A DNA stretch of 64,000 bases from a bacterium (GTDB taxonomy: Bacteria > Bacillota_I > Bacilli_A > Acholeplasmatales > JAEDCM01): positions 7,066 through 71,065 of the forward strand of contig JAILKD010000036.1 of NCBI GenBank assembly GCA_024694145.1, read 5' to 3'. The stretch's first letter is position 1. Every line of letters begins with the position of its first letter. Below are positions 31,021 through 40,592 of the stretch, piece by piece. Below the pieces are notes generated by a model. It had not been told where the DNA came from and searched no databases. It saw nothing but the letters and a program-made list of their open reading frames with translations. The position numbers and the translations under genes are program-made.

Positions 31021-31572
31021 TCACATCCTTGTTAGAAGCTTAAGTGCTTCTTTAATTAAAGATTCAATTGGTAAATCCATATCAAGTTTCTTTTCGACTT
31101 TTTCGATATCTTTTTTACCATATCCAAGTGATGATAATGCTTCTGCAAGTTCTGATTTACTAGAAGTATTACTAACATCAAAATTAATTTTTCCTTTTAA
31201 ATCAAGTACAATTTGTTGACTTGCTTTTGCCCCAATTCCAGGGAACTTAGTTAAGTATGTAGCATTACCTAAATCAATAGCATCAACTATACCCTTAACA
31301 TCACCAGTAGCAAGTATTGATAAAGCACTCTTTGGGCCAATGCCATTAACACTTATTAATTTTAAAAACAATTCTTTTTCTTCATAAGTTTTGAAGCCAT
31401 ATAAATCAATAGCATCATCACTTACTTTTTGATATAAGTAAATAGTTACCTCATCGTATAATTTAAATACATATGGGTTAGGCATCTTAATTAAATAGCC
31501 GATATTATTATTTTCAAGTTCGATATATGATGGATTAATTTTTGTAATTAAGCCTTTAATATAAGCATACAT
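31021..31572 (-). CDS. ruvA: Holliday junction DNA-binding protein RuvA
   Basis: MYAYIKG..., HhH motifs ([21 protein letters not shown]), upstream of ruvB. Confidence 0.9.
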   Translation of the reverse strand: MYAYIKGLITKINPSYIELENNNIGYLIKMPNPYVFKLYDEVTIYLYQKVSDDAIDLYGFKTYEEKELFLKLISVNGIGPKSALSILATGDVKGIVDAIDLGNATYLTKFPGIGAKASQQIVLDLKGKINFDVSNTSSKSELAEALSSLGYGKKDIEKVEKKLDMDLPIESLIKEALKLLTRM

Positions 31573-31833
31573 AATAGATACCTCCTTTTTTTACTAATAC
31601 CTATATGATTATATCATATAATTTATTTTTTTCCTATATTTTTTTTAATTTGAAATCTATTTTTCATTATTTTTTCAAAATGTTAAAAAAAGGCTAGTTT
31701 ACGCAATTATCTAGACTTTTATATTAAACAATTTAAAAAATATGATAGAATAATTGTTTAATTATAGTTCAAAAGAAAAAACAATTTTAACATAAAATGT
31801 TAAAACATAATAGTAATTTATGCATAAAAATTG

Positions 31834-31839
31834 TATAAT
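31834..31839 (+). promoter_or_regulatory. candidate -10 box for the coiled-coil gene
   Basis: TATAAT lies 25 nt upstream of the ATG at 31864. No convincing -35 element. Confidence 0.35.
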
Positions 31840-31863
31840 AGATATGATTGGAGGTGTATTAAT

Positions 31864-34800
31864 ATGGCTGGTATAAATGACTATATTTCAAAAAACGCAA
31901 ATGAACTAGTTGAAGAATTTTTAACTATCCTAAATGAATTAATTCAAGACCATAACACCTCTACTTCTAAGACAAGAGATAACCTTTTAAACTGTATAGA
32001 AAGCAACAAAAAGAATAACCTTAATTCTAAAAAAAGATGTGATGAAACATTACTTGATTTAGATAATCAAGAAAAAGAATTAAGCCCAAAATATGCAGTT
32101 GAAAATGATAAAATTCAAGAAAAGAATGAAGCGAGAATTGAAGCTAATAATAACTCAATTGCTGAATATAAGAAAATTTATAAAGATGGAATTAATGAGA
32201 TAAATAAAAAATATGATTTAGTTGTTAATGAAGAAAATGATAGATTAGAAAACCTTCAACATTTAAACAGAAAAGAGTTACAACACTATCTACAACAAAT
32301 AGATGCTGAAGAAATAACTCAAAGAAAAGAATTAGAATCAACTATTGAAGAATTGACTAAAAAGATTAGAAAAACACAAGAATCATTAATTATAAATATA
32401 GAAGATTTAAGACACGATTATTTAATAAAATCATCTGGATTTAACGATGATATGCGTAAGACTAGAAATGAATTTATTGATAAAGAAAAAGAACTTAGAG
32501 CAATATCTAGGGAAGAGACTTCTACTCACCATAAGCAAATTGAAGAATTAACAAAAGAAATTTCTAATAAACAAAAAAATATATTAAATACATTTAGTAC
32601 TAATTTTATGGATTTATCAAATTTAGATGATAAAATCTTACTTGAAAATGCTAACGATCAAATTAAATTACTTACTTTACAAGCTAAAAACAAAGAGAAA
32701 AAAAGAATTCTTGAAATTCAAAAGGATAACGATTTATTATTAGAAAAGGAAAAAGATAATACAAAAATCAGAAATCTAAAGATTATTAAGCAAGATATTG
32801 ATAACCAAAATACAACAAGAATTAATAGAGAAAATGTATACTCTTTGATGCGTATTTCTGAATTTGAAAAAGATTCACTTTTAAGTGATGCTATTAAGGA
32901 AAACAAAATTAGTGGTATTTCACTTGATTCAAATGCTAAAATCAATAGATTACACGAAAAACTAAATGATAAGAAAAATGACTTAGATTTTTTCTTAAAA
33001 CGTTTTGATTTGCTTAGAAACTCTAAAAAAAGAACTATTGAATTATATTCACATTTATACGATGTTACTACAACACTAGTATTAGATTTAAATCAATTGG
33101 AACGTGAATATGTTTTAGAACAACAAAAAGCTATTTTAGATAAGAAAATAGAAGATATTAATTATTTAAATAAGGTTAGCGAATATGAATGTAATAAAGA
33201 ATTAGCTATTAATAATTTAAAGTTAGAATTAGAAACTATAGAGTTTGAAATACAAAAAATTAATACTTCATTTGATCATGCTGTATTTAAAACAAGATCA
33301 TCATATAACACTGAAAAAACTCGTATTGAGCACATTTATCAGATGTTTGATTCTAAATATAATACTGAATTAAAAGCTCTAGAAACAGATATTACATTTA
33401 TTTATGCCATAATTGAAAAACTAAAAGAAGAAATAATAAGAACAACTTCTACTGCTATTGATGAGCAAAAGAAGGAAAAAGAATCAACAGATAAAATAAC
33501 TGCATTCTATAAAATGATGACTTCTGAATTTAATTTCATGAAGGAACAAGTAGATAATTATTATAGTAATAAAGATTTAAGATTCACTCCAGATGTAGAT
33601 GAAATAATTAATGACTACATAAAAGCTTCAATTGATAAAAAAAGAGCTTTTGAAAGTGAATTCAAAGAATTAACAAACAAAACACAACTAATTGAAACTG
33701 AAATAAAAGAAATTGAAAATGATATATTTATGCTTGAAGCAAATAGAAAATCATTTATTGAAAAATCAAAGAGAGCATATGATGATAAATATGAACTTAG
33801 AGAATTTGATGAACAAATTGAAGAAAAAGCATTTAGACTTCATATACTTCGTTTACGTTTAAAATCTCAAGCAAAAGAAATGTCAAATCTTGAAAGTGAA
33901 ATGCTTAGAATTGATGAAGGTAAAGATGTATTTGCTAAAAAAGAAAACAAGAGACTATATGAACTTGATTTTGATAATACTTACTTTAATAAGTATGAAG
34001 ACTTACAAGAGACTATTTCAACAATGTTTAATCAGCTATTAACACTTGCTGAATCTTCACTTGAAAAAAATGATTTAAAATCTCTTTATTCATTTAGCTC
34101 AAGTGCCATTAAACATCTTAACAAAGCCACTTCTTCTATTAAATCATTCCATTTTGATACTATTAATGAATATAAAAATGAATTCAAGAAAATCGCAAAG
34201 GTTTGTGCAAACAACATTGAAAAGGAAAAGAAAACATTTGAGATTAATCTTGATATGATTAATAGAGAACGTGATATTGCTATTGATGATGAACAATCAA
34301 AAATAGTAATTGCAAAGAAAAGCTCTAGGGACTTAGAAGTAAAATATAATGTTGATATAATTAACATTAAGCAAAAATCAGATGAAAGACTATCAACAAT
34401 AGATAATGAGCTTAATGATTATAATATCAGATACGGCTTAAATGTTGCTGCACTAGAATCTAATGCAAGTTCTATGAAAAGCTATTATGATGATGCTATA
34501 GCTAAAGAGACAAAAGATAGAGTAGCAACTCTTGCTAATCTTTATAAAGAGCGTAAAATTAATAAGCTTTTATATGAAGATAACTTAGGTAAACTAAGAT
34601 CTAATTATAATATTGAAAAAGAAAAGAATATTATTCAAGCTAAGACTAGAATAAATAACGTATTAAGGCAATATATGCAAAAATGTATGGAATTTGATAT
34701 ACAGTTAAAGAGTCTTGATGATGCACTTAGAAAATCAAGTGCTGAATGTAATAGTGCAATAATTGATTCAGATGTTCAATTAAATGACTTTATCAAGAAA

Positions 34801-34920
34801 CTTGAAAATAATAAAAACTACGATATCAAAAAGGTTAAAGCAGAAACAAATAAGAAGCTTAAACATGATATTAAGCGTTATAAAATTGAAATTGAAAATA
34901 AAAATGAGGCTAATATTTAG
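31864..34920 (+). CDS. 1018-aa coiled-coil protein, function unknown
   Basis: ATG 31864 follows GGAGG (31850-31854); the ORF-track start is an upstream TTG. The sequence is K/E/N/I/L-rich and heptad-like throughout. I saw no Walker motif, signal peptide or TM helix. It has its own terminator. Confidence 0.7.
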   Translation: MAGINDYISKNANELVEEFLTILNELIQDHNTSTSKTRDNLLNCIESNKKNNLNSKKRCDETLLDLDNQEKELSPKYAVENDKIQEKNEARIEANNNSIAEYKKIYKDGINEINKKYDLVVNEENDRLENLQHLNRKELQHYLQQIDAEEITQRKELESTIEELTKKIRKTQESLIINIEDLRHDYLIKSSGFNDDMRKTRNEFIDKEKELRAISREETSTHHKQIEELTKEISNKQKNILNTFSTNFMDLSNLDDKILLENANDQIKLLTLQAKNKEKKRILEIQKDNDLLLEKEKDNTKIRNLKIIKQDIDNQNTTRINRENVYSLMRISEFEKDSLLSDAIKENKISGISLDSNAKINRLHEKLNDKKNDLDFFLKRFDLLRNSKKRTIELYSHLYDVTTTLVLDLNQLEREYVLEQQKAILDKKIEDINYLNKVSEYECNKELAINNLKLELETIEFEIQKINTSFDHAVFKTRSSYNTEKTRIEHIYQMFDSKYNTELKALETDITFIYAIIEKLKEEIIRTTSTAIDEQKKEKESTDKITAFYKMMTSEFNFMKEQVDNYYSNKDLRFTPDVDEIINDYIKASIDKKRAFESEFKELTNKTQLIETEIKEIENDIFMLEANRKSFIEKSKRAYDDKYELREFDEQIEEKAFRLHILRLRLKSQAKEMSNLESEMLRIDEGKDVFAKKENKRLYELDFDNTYFNKYEDLQETISTMFNQLLTLAESSLEKNDLKSLYSFSSSAIKHLNKATSSIKSFHFDTINEYKNEFKKIAKVCANNIEKEKKTFEINLDMINRERDIAIDDEQSKIVIAKKSSRDLEVKYNVDIINIKQKSDERLSTIDNELNDYNIRYGLNVAALESNASSMKSYYDDAIAKETKDRVATLANLYKERKINKLLYEDNLGKLRSNYNIEKEKNIIQAKTRINNVLRQYMQKCMEFDIQLKSLDDALRKSSAECNSAIIDSDVQLNDFIKKLENNKNYDIKKVKAETNKKLKHDIKRYKIEIENKNEANI

Positions 34921-34930
34921 CCTCTTTTTT
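34906..34930 (+). terminator. intrinsic terminator of the coiled-coil gene
   Basis: GAGGCTAA-TAT-TTAGCCTC followed by TTTTTT, overlapping the stop codon. Confidence 0.75.
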
Positions 34931-36197
34931 AATCAATGAATTCGAATTCATATTCAAATATTTTAACAATATCTCCGTTTTGTACACCTAATTTTCTAAG
35001 TTCTTCATCTATTCCCATAACCTTAAGTTGTCTAGCAAATCTACGTGTAGCTTCATAACTAGAGAAATCAGTCATTTCAAATAAACGTTTTAATCCTGCA
35101 CCTGTAATATTATATACTCCATCAATCTTTTCAATTTTATATTTTTCTTCTTCAGGAGTAAAATTATATTCAGCAACAAAATCTTTATCCTCATACATCT
35201 TAAATTCAGGTGTAACATCAAGTAAATCTCTTATCCTATAAAGAAGTGGAGTTAGTCCTTCTTTAGTATATGCTGAAATAGGGAAAATCTCTTTATTAAC
35301 GTGTTTTTTAAACTCTTCTAGGTTCTTTTTAGCATTTGGTAAATCCATTTTATTAGCAACTATTATTTCAGGACGTTCTAATAAATCAAACTTATAGCTT
35401 TCAAGTTCCTTTCTTATTTTAACATAATCAGTATAAGGATTTCTTCCATCTACGCTTGCCATATCAATAACATGTACTATAACTCTACAACGCTCAATAT
35501 GTCTTAAGAATTCTAATCCTAAACCTAAACCTTGGCTTGCTCCTTCAATTAAGCCTGGAAGATCTGCAACAACAAAGCTACGACCATCAGGTACTCCTAC
35601 AACACCTAAATTAGGGTTTAGAGTTGTAAAGTGATAAGCTGCAATTTTTGGTCTAGAATTACTTATAGCGCTAATTAGTGTAGATTTACCAACAGATGGA
35701 TAACCTACCAACCCACAATCAGCTAATACTTTTAATTCTATTCTAATATTCTTTTCAATGCCTGCTTCTCCTTTTTCACAGATTGCAGGGCATGGATTTT
35801 TATGAGTTGCAAATGCGCAGTTTCCTCTTCCTCCGCGTCCACCTTTAGCAACAACTATTTCTTGTCCATGCATAGTAATATCACCTATTACTTTATTTAA
35901 ATCATTATCATAAATAGTTGAACCAAGTGGTACTTTTACATAGGTATCAGTAGCATTACGTCCATTCATTCCCTTACTCATACCACGTTCACCTGGGTTA
36001 CCTTTAATGTGTCTATTATATCTAAAATCTAATAATGTTGATAATCCTTCATCACCAACAAATATAATAGATCCACCATTACCTCCAGAGCCACCCCAAG
36101 GTCCACCAAATTCAATATATTTTTCTCTACGATAACTAATTATACCATTTCCACCAGCGCCACTAGTGACTTTTATTTTTACTTCATCTACAAACAT
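34929..36197 (-). CDS. obg: GTPase Obg/CgtA
   Basis: MFVDEVKIKVTSGAGGNG glycine-rich Obg fold, the G-domain motifs GYPSVGKST, DLPGLIEGA and NKMD, and a C-terminal TGS-like OCT domain. Confidence 0.95.
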   Translation of the reverse strand: MFVDEVKIKVTSGAGGNGIISYRREKYIEFGGPWGGSGGNGGSIIFVGDEGLSTLLDFRYNRHIKGNPGERGMSKGMNGRNATDTYVKVPLGSTIYDNDLNKVIGDITMHGQEIVVAKGGRGGRGNCAFATHKNPCPAICEKGEAGIEKNIRIELKVLADCGLVGYPSVGKSTLISAISNSRPKIAAYHFTTLNPNLGVVGVPDGRSFVVADLPGLIEGASQGLGLGLEFLRHIERCRVIVHVIDMASVDGRNPYTDYVKIRKELESYKFDLLERPEIIVANKMDLPNAKKNLEEFKKHVNKEIFPISAYTKEGLTPLLYRIRDLLDVTPEFKMYEDKDFVAEYNFTPEEEKYKIEKIDGVYNITGAGLKRLFEMTDFSSYEATRRFARQLKVMGIDEELRKLGVQNGDIVKIFEYEFEFID

Positions 36198-36245
36198 ATT
36201 CTCACCTCCAAAGCGCTAAAAAAATACCCCAAATGGGGCATTTAA

Positions 36246-36533
36246 TTATTGTTCTTCAACAGGATATACAGAAGCTTGCTTCTTATCTTTACCAACACGT
36301 TCGAATTTAACGATACCGCTAATCTTAGCAAATAATGTATCATCTCCACCGATTCCTACATTTTTACCTGGTAAAATTTTTGTTCCTCTTTGACGATATA
36401 TAATAGATCCCGCAGTTGCATATTGTCCATCTGCTAATTTAGCTCCTAATCTTTTTGCATGAGAATCTCTACCGTTCTTAGTAGAACCAACTCCCTTTTT
36501 AGAAGCGAATAATTGGATATTCATCTTAATCAT
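36246..36533 (-). CDS. rpmA: 50S ribosomal protein L27 (with cleavable N-terminal extension)
   Basis: [24 protein letters not shown]. The extension before ASKKG is the Firmicutes type removed by Prp. Confidence 0.95.
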   Translation of the reverse strand: MIKMNIQLFASKKGVGSTKNGRDSHAKRLGAKLADGQYATAGSIIYRQRGTKILPGKNVGIGGDDTLFAKISGIVKFERVGKDKKQASVYPVEEQ

Positions 36534-36544
36534 AATAGCACCTC

Positions 36545-36847
36545 CTAATGCTTTAAATATATATTCTTTGGATACTCTTCATATAAACTATTAAATGAAA
36601 ATTCCATTGTTTCAAACACTTTATCAACAAGTTCTGAATTTGCATCATTTACTAATTTAGAATATCCTTCTTCAAGTTTATAAGTAATTTTAAATCCTAA
36701 TTTTTCAATTAAGTTTAGTGAATATATAATAATTGTTGTTGCTGATGCACAAACTATATCTTTTCCTTTAGTAGAATAATTTGCATGGCCTTTAACAATC
36801 ACTTCACTAATTTTTTTATCAAACTTTTTGATTTCTATACTAATCAT
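36545..36847 (-). CDS. prp: ribosomal-processing cysteine protease Prp
   Basis: 100-aa protein between rplU and rpmA with GHANY...DIVCASATT (catalytic His/Cys pattern). Confidence 0.8.
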   Translation of the reverse strand: MISIEIKKFDKKISEVIVKGHANYSTKGKDIVCASATTIIIYSLNLIEKLGFKITYKLEEGYSKLVNDANSELVDKVFETMEFSFNSLYEEYPKNIYLKH

Positions 36848-36853
36848 AAATTA

Positions 36854-37162
36854 TTAATAACAAATCTTTTCAATAACTAGTTTAGTATATGATTGTCTAT
36901 GTCCTTGCTTTTTATGTTCATTCTTTTTTCTACGGAAATGATAAACAACAATTTTCTTACCTCTTCCGTGTTTGATAACTTTAGCAACAACCTTAGCACC
37001 ATTAACATATGGAGCACCAACTTTAGTTTCTTCTCCACCAATCATAAGTACTTTGTCGAATTCGTAAGTAGCACCTTCTTCAACATCTAGCTTTTCAACA
37101 TAGATTTCTTGGTTAACACTTACTGATTCTTGTTTTCCACCAGTTTCAATTATTGCATACAT
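36854..37162 (-). CDS. rplU: 50S ribosomal protein L21
   Basis: [11 protein letters not shown]... and [14 protein letters not shown]. Confidence 0.95.
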   Translation of the reverse strand: MYAIIETGGKQESVSVNQEIYVEKLDVEEGATYEFDKVLMIGGEETKVGAPYVNGAKVVAKVIKHGRGKKIVVYHFRRKKNEHKKQGHRQSYTKLVIEKICY

Positions 37163-37250
37163 ATATGCACACCTCCTTCAAAATTTTTAAGACACGCCAT
37201 TAAGGTAGCATTTGCATTTATAACCTCTTTTGTGCGGTTGCATACTGCAA
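37163..37250 (-). ncRNA. candidate L21-operon 5' leader (ribosomal-protein autoregulatory leader)
   Basis: ~88-nt untranslated leader between the predicted promoter and rplU, with a perfect hairpin GTTGCA-GTA-TGCAAC. Position matches the Firmicutes L21 leader. I cannot verify identity by eye. Confidence 0.4.
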
Positions 37251-37257
37251 CAAATGT

Positions 37258-37286
37258 ATTTTAGCAAATAATTTATAAATAGTCAA
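37258..37286 (-). promoter_or_regulatory. sigma-70-type promoter of rplU-prp-rpmA
   Basis: Minus strand has TTGACT (37286-37281), a 17-nt spacer and TAAAAT (37263-37258). Confidence 0.6.
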
Positions 37287-37311
37287 GTATTTTTAAATAA
37301 TATATTTAATA

Positions 37312-37340
37312 AACAACAAAAGAGGCCTTTTAGCCTCTCT
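37312..37340 (-). terminator. intrinsic terminator after malQ
   Basis: Minus strand reads AGAGGC-TAAAAG-GCCTCT followed by TTTGTTGTTT, overlapping the malQ stop. Confidence 0.7.
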
Positions 37341-38769
37341 TATTAGTTTCTGTTAATTTCTTTATTGTATTAGATAATTTCTTAGTTAAATCAGTGTATT
37401 TCATTTGATATAACCAGTTTTTACCAATTTCTGATGGAACATTCATTCTAGCATCTGTTAGGCCTAAATAATCTTGAATAGGAACAATTACGTATTTACA
37501 TTTTTGTTTCATACAAGCATCTATTAGTTTTAAATTGATATCTTTACTATTACTCTTAAGTCCACATGTCTTATTTACTCTTTTTAATGTAACTTCATCA
37601 AGATTTTTATACCAAGATACCAGATTTTCATTATCATGTGTACCTGTATATAAAACATTATTATATTCATAACCTGCCTTAAATTCTTCTTTAGGTCCAA
37701 ATTCAAATTGCATTACATTCATTCCTGAATAGCCAGTTTCAGCCAACAATTCATGAACTGAATCATCCAAGAAACCTAGATTTTCAGCGATTATCTCACA
37801 TTTAACATGTTTATTAATTTCATTGAATAAATCAATACCAGGTCCTTTAACCCATTTACCATCTTTAGGATGCTTTCCAAAAGGAATTTTAAAATATCCA
37901 GCAAATGCTCTAAAGTGATCTATACGTATAATATCATAAGTTTTAGAAACTTCTTTTATACGTTCTACCCACCAAGCATAATTAGTTTTCTTTAAGTAGT
38001 CCCATTTATATAAAGGGTTACCCCAAAGTTGTCCATAACTTGAAAAATAATCAGGTGGACACCCAGCAACATTTATTGGTTTTAAATCTTTATCTAGTTC
38101 AAATATTTCAGGATTTTTCCAGCAATCTACAGAGTCATATGCAACATAAATAGGAATATCACCAATTATTTTAACACCTAATTTGTTCGCATATTTCTTT
38201 AAGTTACTCCACTGGTAATAAAATAAGTATTGTATAAATCTTATTTCATCAACCTTTGAATAGTTATTATTTACAAAGTTGTTTATTTCTGATTTTTTGT
38301 ACTTTTTAAACTCTTTCCATTCATACCAAGGTTTATAATCAAAACGTTCCTTTAAAAGCGTAAAAACGGCATAATCTGTAAGCCAGCTTCTATTATCGTT
38401 TTTAAATTTTTCATACTGTCTTTTTACTTTATACATATTCTTATAACATGTCTTTAAAATTTTCATTTTATTTTTAAATAACATGTAATAATCTATTCCA
38501 CTGCCAAGTAAAGTTTTATCATATGAATCAAGTAGTCCATCTTTTACTAATAAATCTAAGCTAATAAAATATGGATTAAAAGCAAATGTACATGGAGATT
38601 GGTATGGTGAGTCTCCATAACTTGTTGGATTAAGTGGTAAAACTTGCCATAAGTGTTGCTTTGACTTTGATAAGAAATTAACAAACTCATAAGCTTCAGC
38701 TCCAAGTGTACCAATTGAACTATTACTTAAACTTGAAATATGTAATAGTATTCCGGCATATTTCTTCAT
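37330..38769 (-). CDS. malQ: 4-alpha-glucanotransferase (amylomaltase, GH77)
   Basis: GILLHISSL, PLNPTSYGDSPY, RIDHFRAF and YTGTHDN motifs. Start taken at ATG 38769 (TAATG overlap with the upstream stop). Confidence 0.9.
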   Translation of the reverse strand: MKKYAGILLHISSLSNSSIGTLGAEAYEFVNFLSKSKQHLWQVLPLNPTSYGDSPYQSPCTFAFNPYFISLDLLVKDGLLDSYDKTLLGSGIDYYMLFKNKMKILKTCYKNMYKVKRQYEKFKNDNRSWLTDYAVFTLLKERFDYKPWYEWKEFKKYKKSEINNFVNNNYSKVDEIRFIQYLFYYQWSNLKKYANKLGVKIIGDIPIYVAYDSVDCWKNPEIFELDKDLKPINVAGCPPDYFSSYGQLWGNPLYKWDYLKKTNYAWWVERIKEVSKTYDIIRIDHFRAFAGYFKIPFGKHPKDGKWVKGPGIDLFNEINKHVKCEIIAENLGFLDDSVHELLAETGYSGMNVMQFEFGPKEEFKAGYEYNNVLYTGTHDNENLVSWYKNLDEVTLKRVNKTCGLKSNSKDINLKLIDACMKQKCKYVIVPIQDYLGLTDARMNVPSEIGKNWLYQMKYTDLTKKLSNTIKKLTETNKRG

Positions 38770-40586
38770 TATAAACACCTCTTCAAAATTCTTGCTGTAT
38801 GCGGATATATACCAAAATGTGTATTTTGTTCACCACTCATTAAATCAATTGCATCAATATCATAATATGCAATTTCATTAGAGTTATTAACTAATACGTA
38901 AATAGAGTCTCCTCTTCTAAATGCAAGTTGACCTGCATCTGCATATATTTCTTTATATTTTCCATTAGAAAATTCCTTATTTTCTTTTCTAATTTTTCCA
39001 AGTTTTACATAGAAATTATGTAAGTCTTGATTAATATTATTCCATGGGAATGGTTTTCTACAATATGGATCTTTATAACCTTCCATACCAGCCTCATCAC
39101 CATAATAAATACATGGTACACCAGGCAAAGTATATTGAAGGACAGCTGCCATTTTTAATCTCTTAACTGCATCATTATATAATGATTTTTCCATTCTAAA
39201 ATTAGCTATTTCTACCCTATCCATATTATGGAAGTTAATATTACCACATACACTTAAAATACGTTCTGTATCGTGTGTACCTAGTATATTCATTAGTGAA
39301 TCCAATACTTCCTTTGGATAATTATTAATTATACTTCTAAGTGTATTACGTAAATTATATACACTACCAAAGCATACATATTCTATTATTGCACGTCTAA
39401 ACGGATAATTCATTACACTATCAAGTTCTTTACCATCAAAATAATGTTTTCTATATCCATAAGCCTCTTTATTTGATGCATCTTCCCAAACTTCACCAAT
39501 CAAAATAGCCTTTGGATTAGCCTTTTTTACGGCCTTACTAATGCGTTCAACAAACTCATTATTAAGTTCATCAACAACATCTAGTCTATATCCTGATGCG
39601 CCTAGTCCTATCCACTTAGGAATAACTTCATCACAAATATAATCAACAAAGCTAGATTTTTGATTAATTGATGGTAGCGTATCAAAGCCCCACCAACTCC
39701 AATATTTATTTGGCCATTCTATGAATTTATACCAATTATAATATTTAGAATCTTTTGATTGGTATGCACCAAGTTCATCAAAATGGTTTTCTCTATTAAA
39801 ATATCTACTATTACTTCCTGTGTGATTGAATACACCATCAATAATAATACCAATACCTCTTTTTTTAGCTTCTAAACACAAATTAGAGAAATCCTCTTCG
39901 CTTCCTAGCATAGGATCAAGTACTAAGTAATCTGCAGTATCATATCTATGATTTGAAAATGCAAGTGATATTGGATTTAAATAAATAGCTTTTACACCAA
40001 GTTCCTTAATATAATCAAGTTTAGATATAATACCTTTAATATTACCACCAAAATAGTCATTATTTAATATTCTACCATGAACTGGTAAATATGCAGGATG
40101 TTCATCAAAACTTTTATGCATCCAACCATTTTCATGACAATAATTATTATCTAAATTACAAAATCTATCTGGCATAATTTGATACATTACGCCACCCTTA
40201 AACCATCTTAAATCTTTTTTAAAGCCATTATGGATTGATAATTGGAAGCTATAAGTAATTTCATCAGTAAGTATAGCATCCATATTAATATCACAACATA
40301 CATAATGTGTTCCATAACAGTCATCAAATTTGAAATAGTACCAGTAAATATCCGCTTCTTCTAGCGAAAATTCAACTTTAAATACATTGTAGAAATCTGT
40401 TTTTTCATAAAAAAGAGGAAAAACTTTTTCAATACCTTTTGAATCACTTTTTAACACAATACATAAATTCCAAATATTATATGATTGTTGAAAGCTTATA
40501 CGCATTATAATAGGTGTATTTATCTTAACTGCACCTTGTGGCGTTTTATTATATTCAAAATATGGATTAAAAAATATATCCCTCAT
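38769..40586 (-). CDS. GH13 alpha-amylase-family enzyme (neopullulanase/cyclomaltodextrinase-like), cytoplasmic
   Basis: GH13 regions I-IV (DGVFNH, GYRLDVVDE, GEVWE, LGTHDT). No signal peptide. Confidence 0.85.
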   Translation of the reverse strand: MRDIFFNPYFEYNKTPQGAVKINTPIIMRISFQQSYNIWNLCIVLKSDSKGIEKVFPLFYEKTDFYNVFKVEFSLEEADIYWYYFKFDDCYGTHYVCCDINMDAILTDEITYSFQLSIHNGFKKDLRWFKGGVMYQIMPDRFCNLDNNYCHENGWMHKSFDEHPAYLPVHGRILNNDYFGGNIKGIISKLDYIKELGVKAIYLNPISLAFSNHRYDTADYLVLDPMLGSEEDFSNLCLEAKKRGIGIIIDGVFNHTGSNSRYFNRENHFDELGAYQSKDSKYYNWYKFIEWPNKYWSWWGFDTLPSINQKSSFVDYICDEVIPKWIGLGASGYRLDVVDELNNEFVERISKAVKKANPKAILIGEVWEDASNKEAYGYRKHYFDGKELDSVMNYPFRRAIIEYVCFGSVYNLRNTLRSIINNYPKEVLDSLMNILGTHDTERILSVCGNINFHNMDRVEIANFRMEKSLYNDAVKRLKMAAVLQYTLPGVPCIYYGDEAGMEGYKDPYCRKPFPWNNINQDLHNFYVKLGKIRKENKEFSNGKYKEIYADAGQLAFRRGDSIYVLVNNSNEIAYYDIDAIDLMSGEQNTHFGIYPHTARILKRCL

Positions 40587-40592
40587 ATTTTA

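Noticed and set aside
31785-31805. Perfect 8-bp inverted repeat TTTTAACA-N5-TGTTAAAA upstream of the coiled-coil gene, considered as an operator.
   Set aside because: It is an AT-only palindrome in an intergenic region that is nearly all A and T, with no second copy elsewhere in the window. That is too weak to call.
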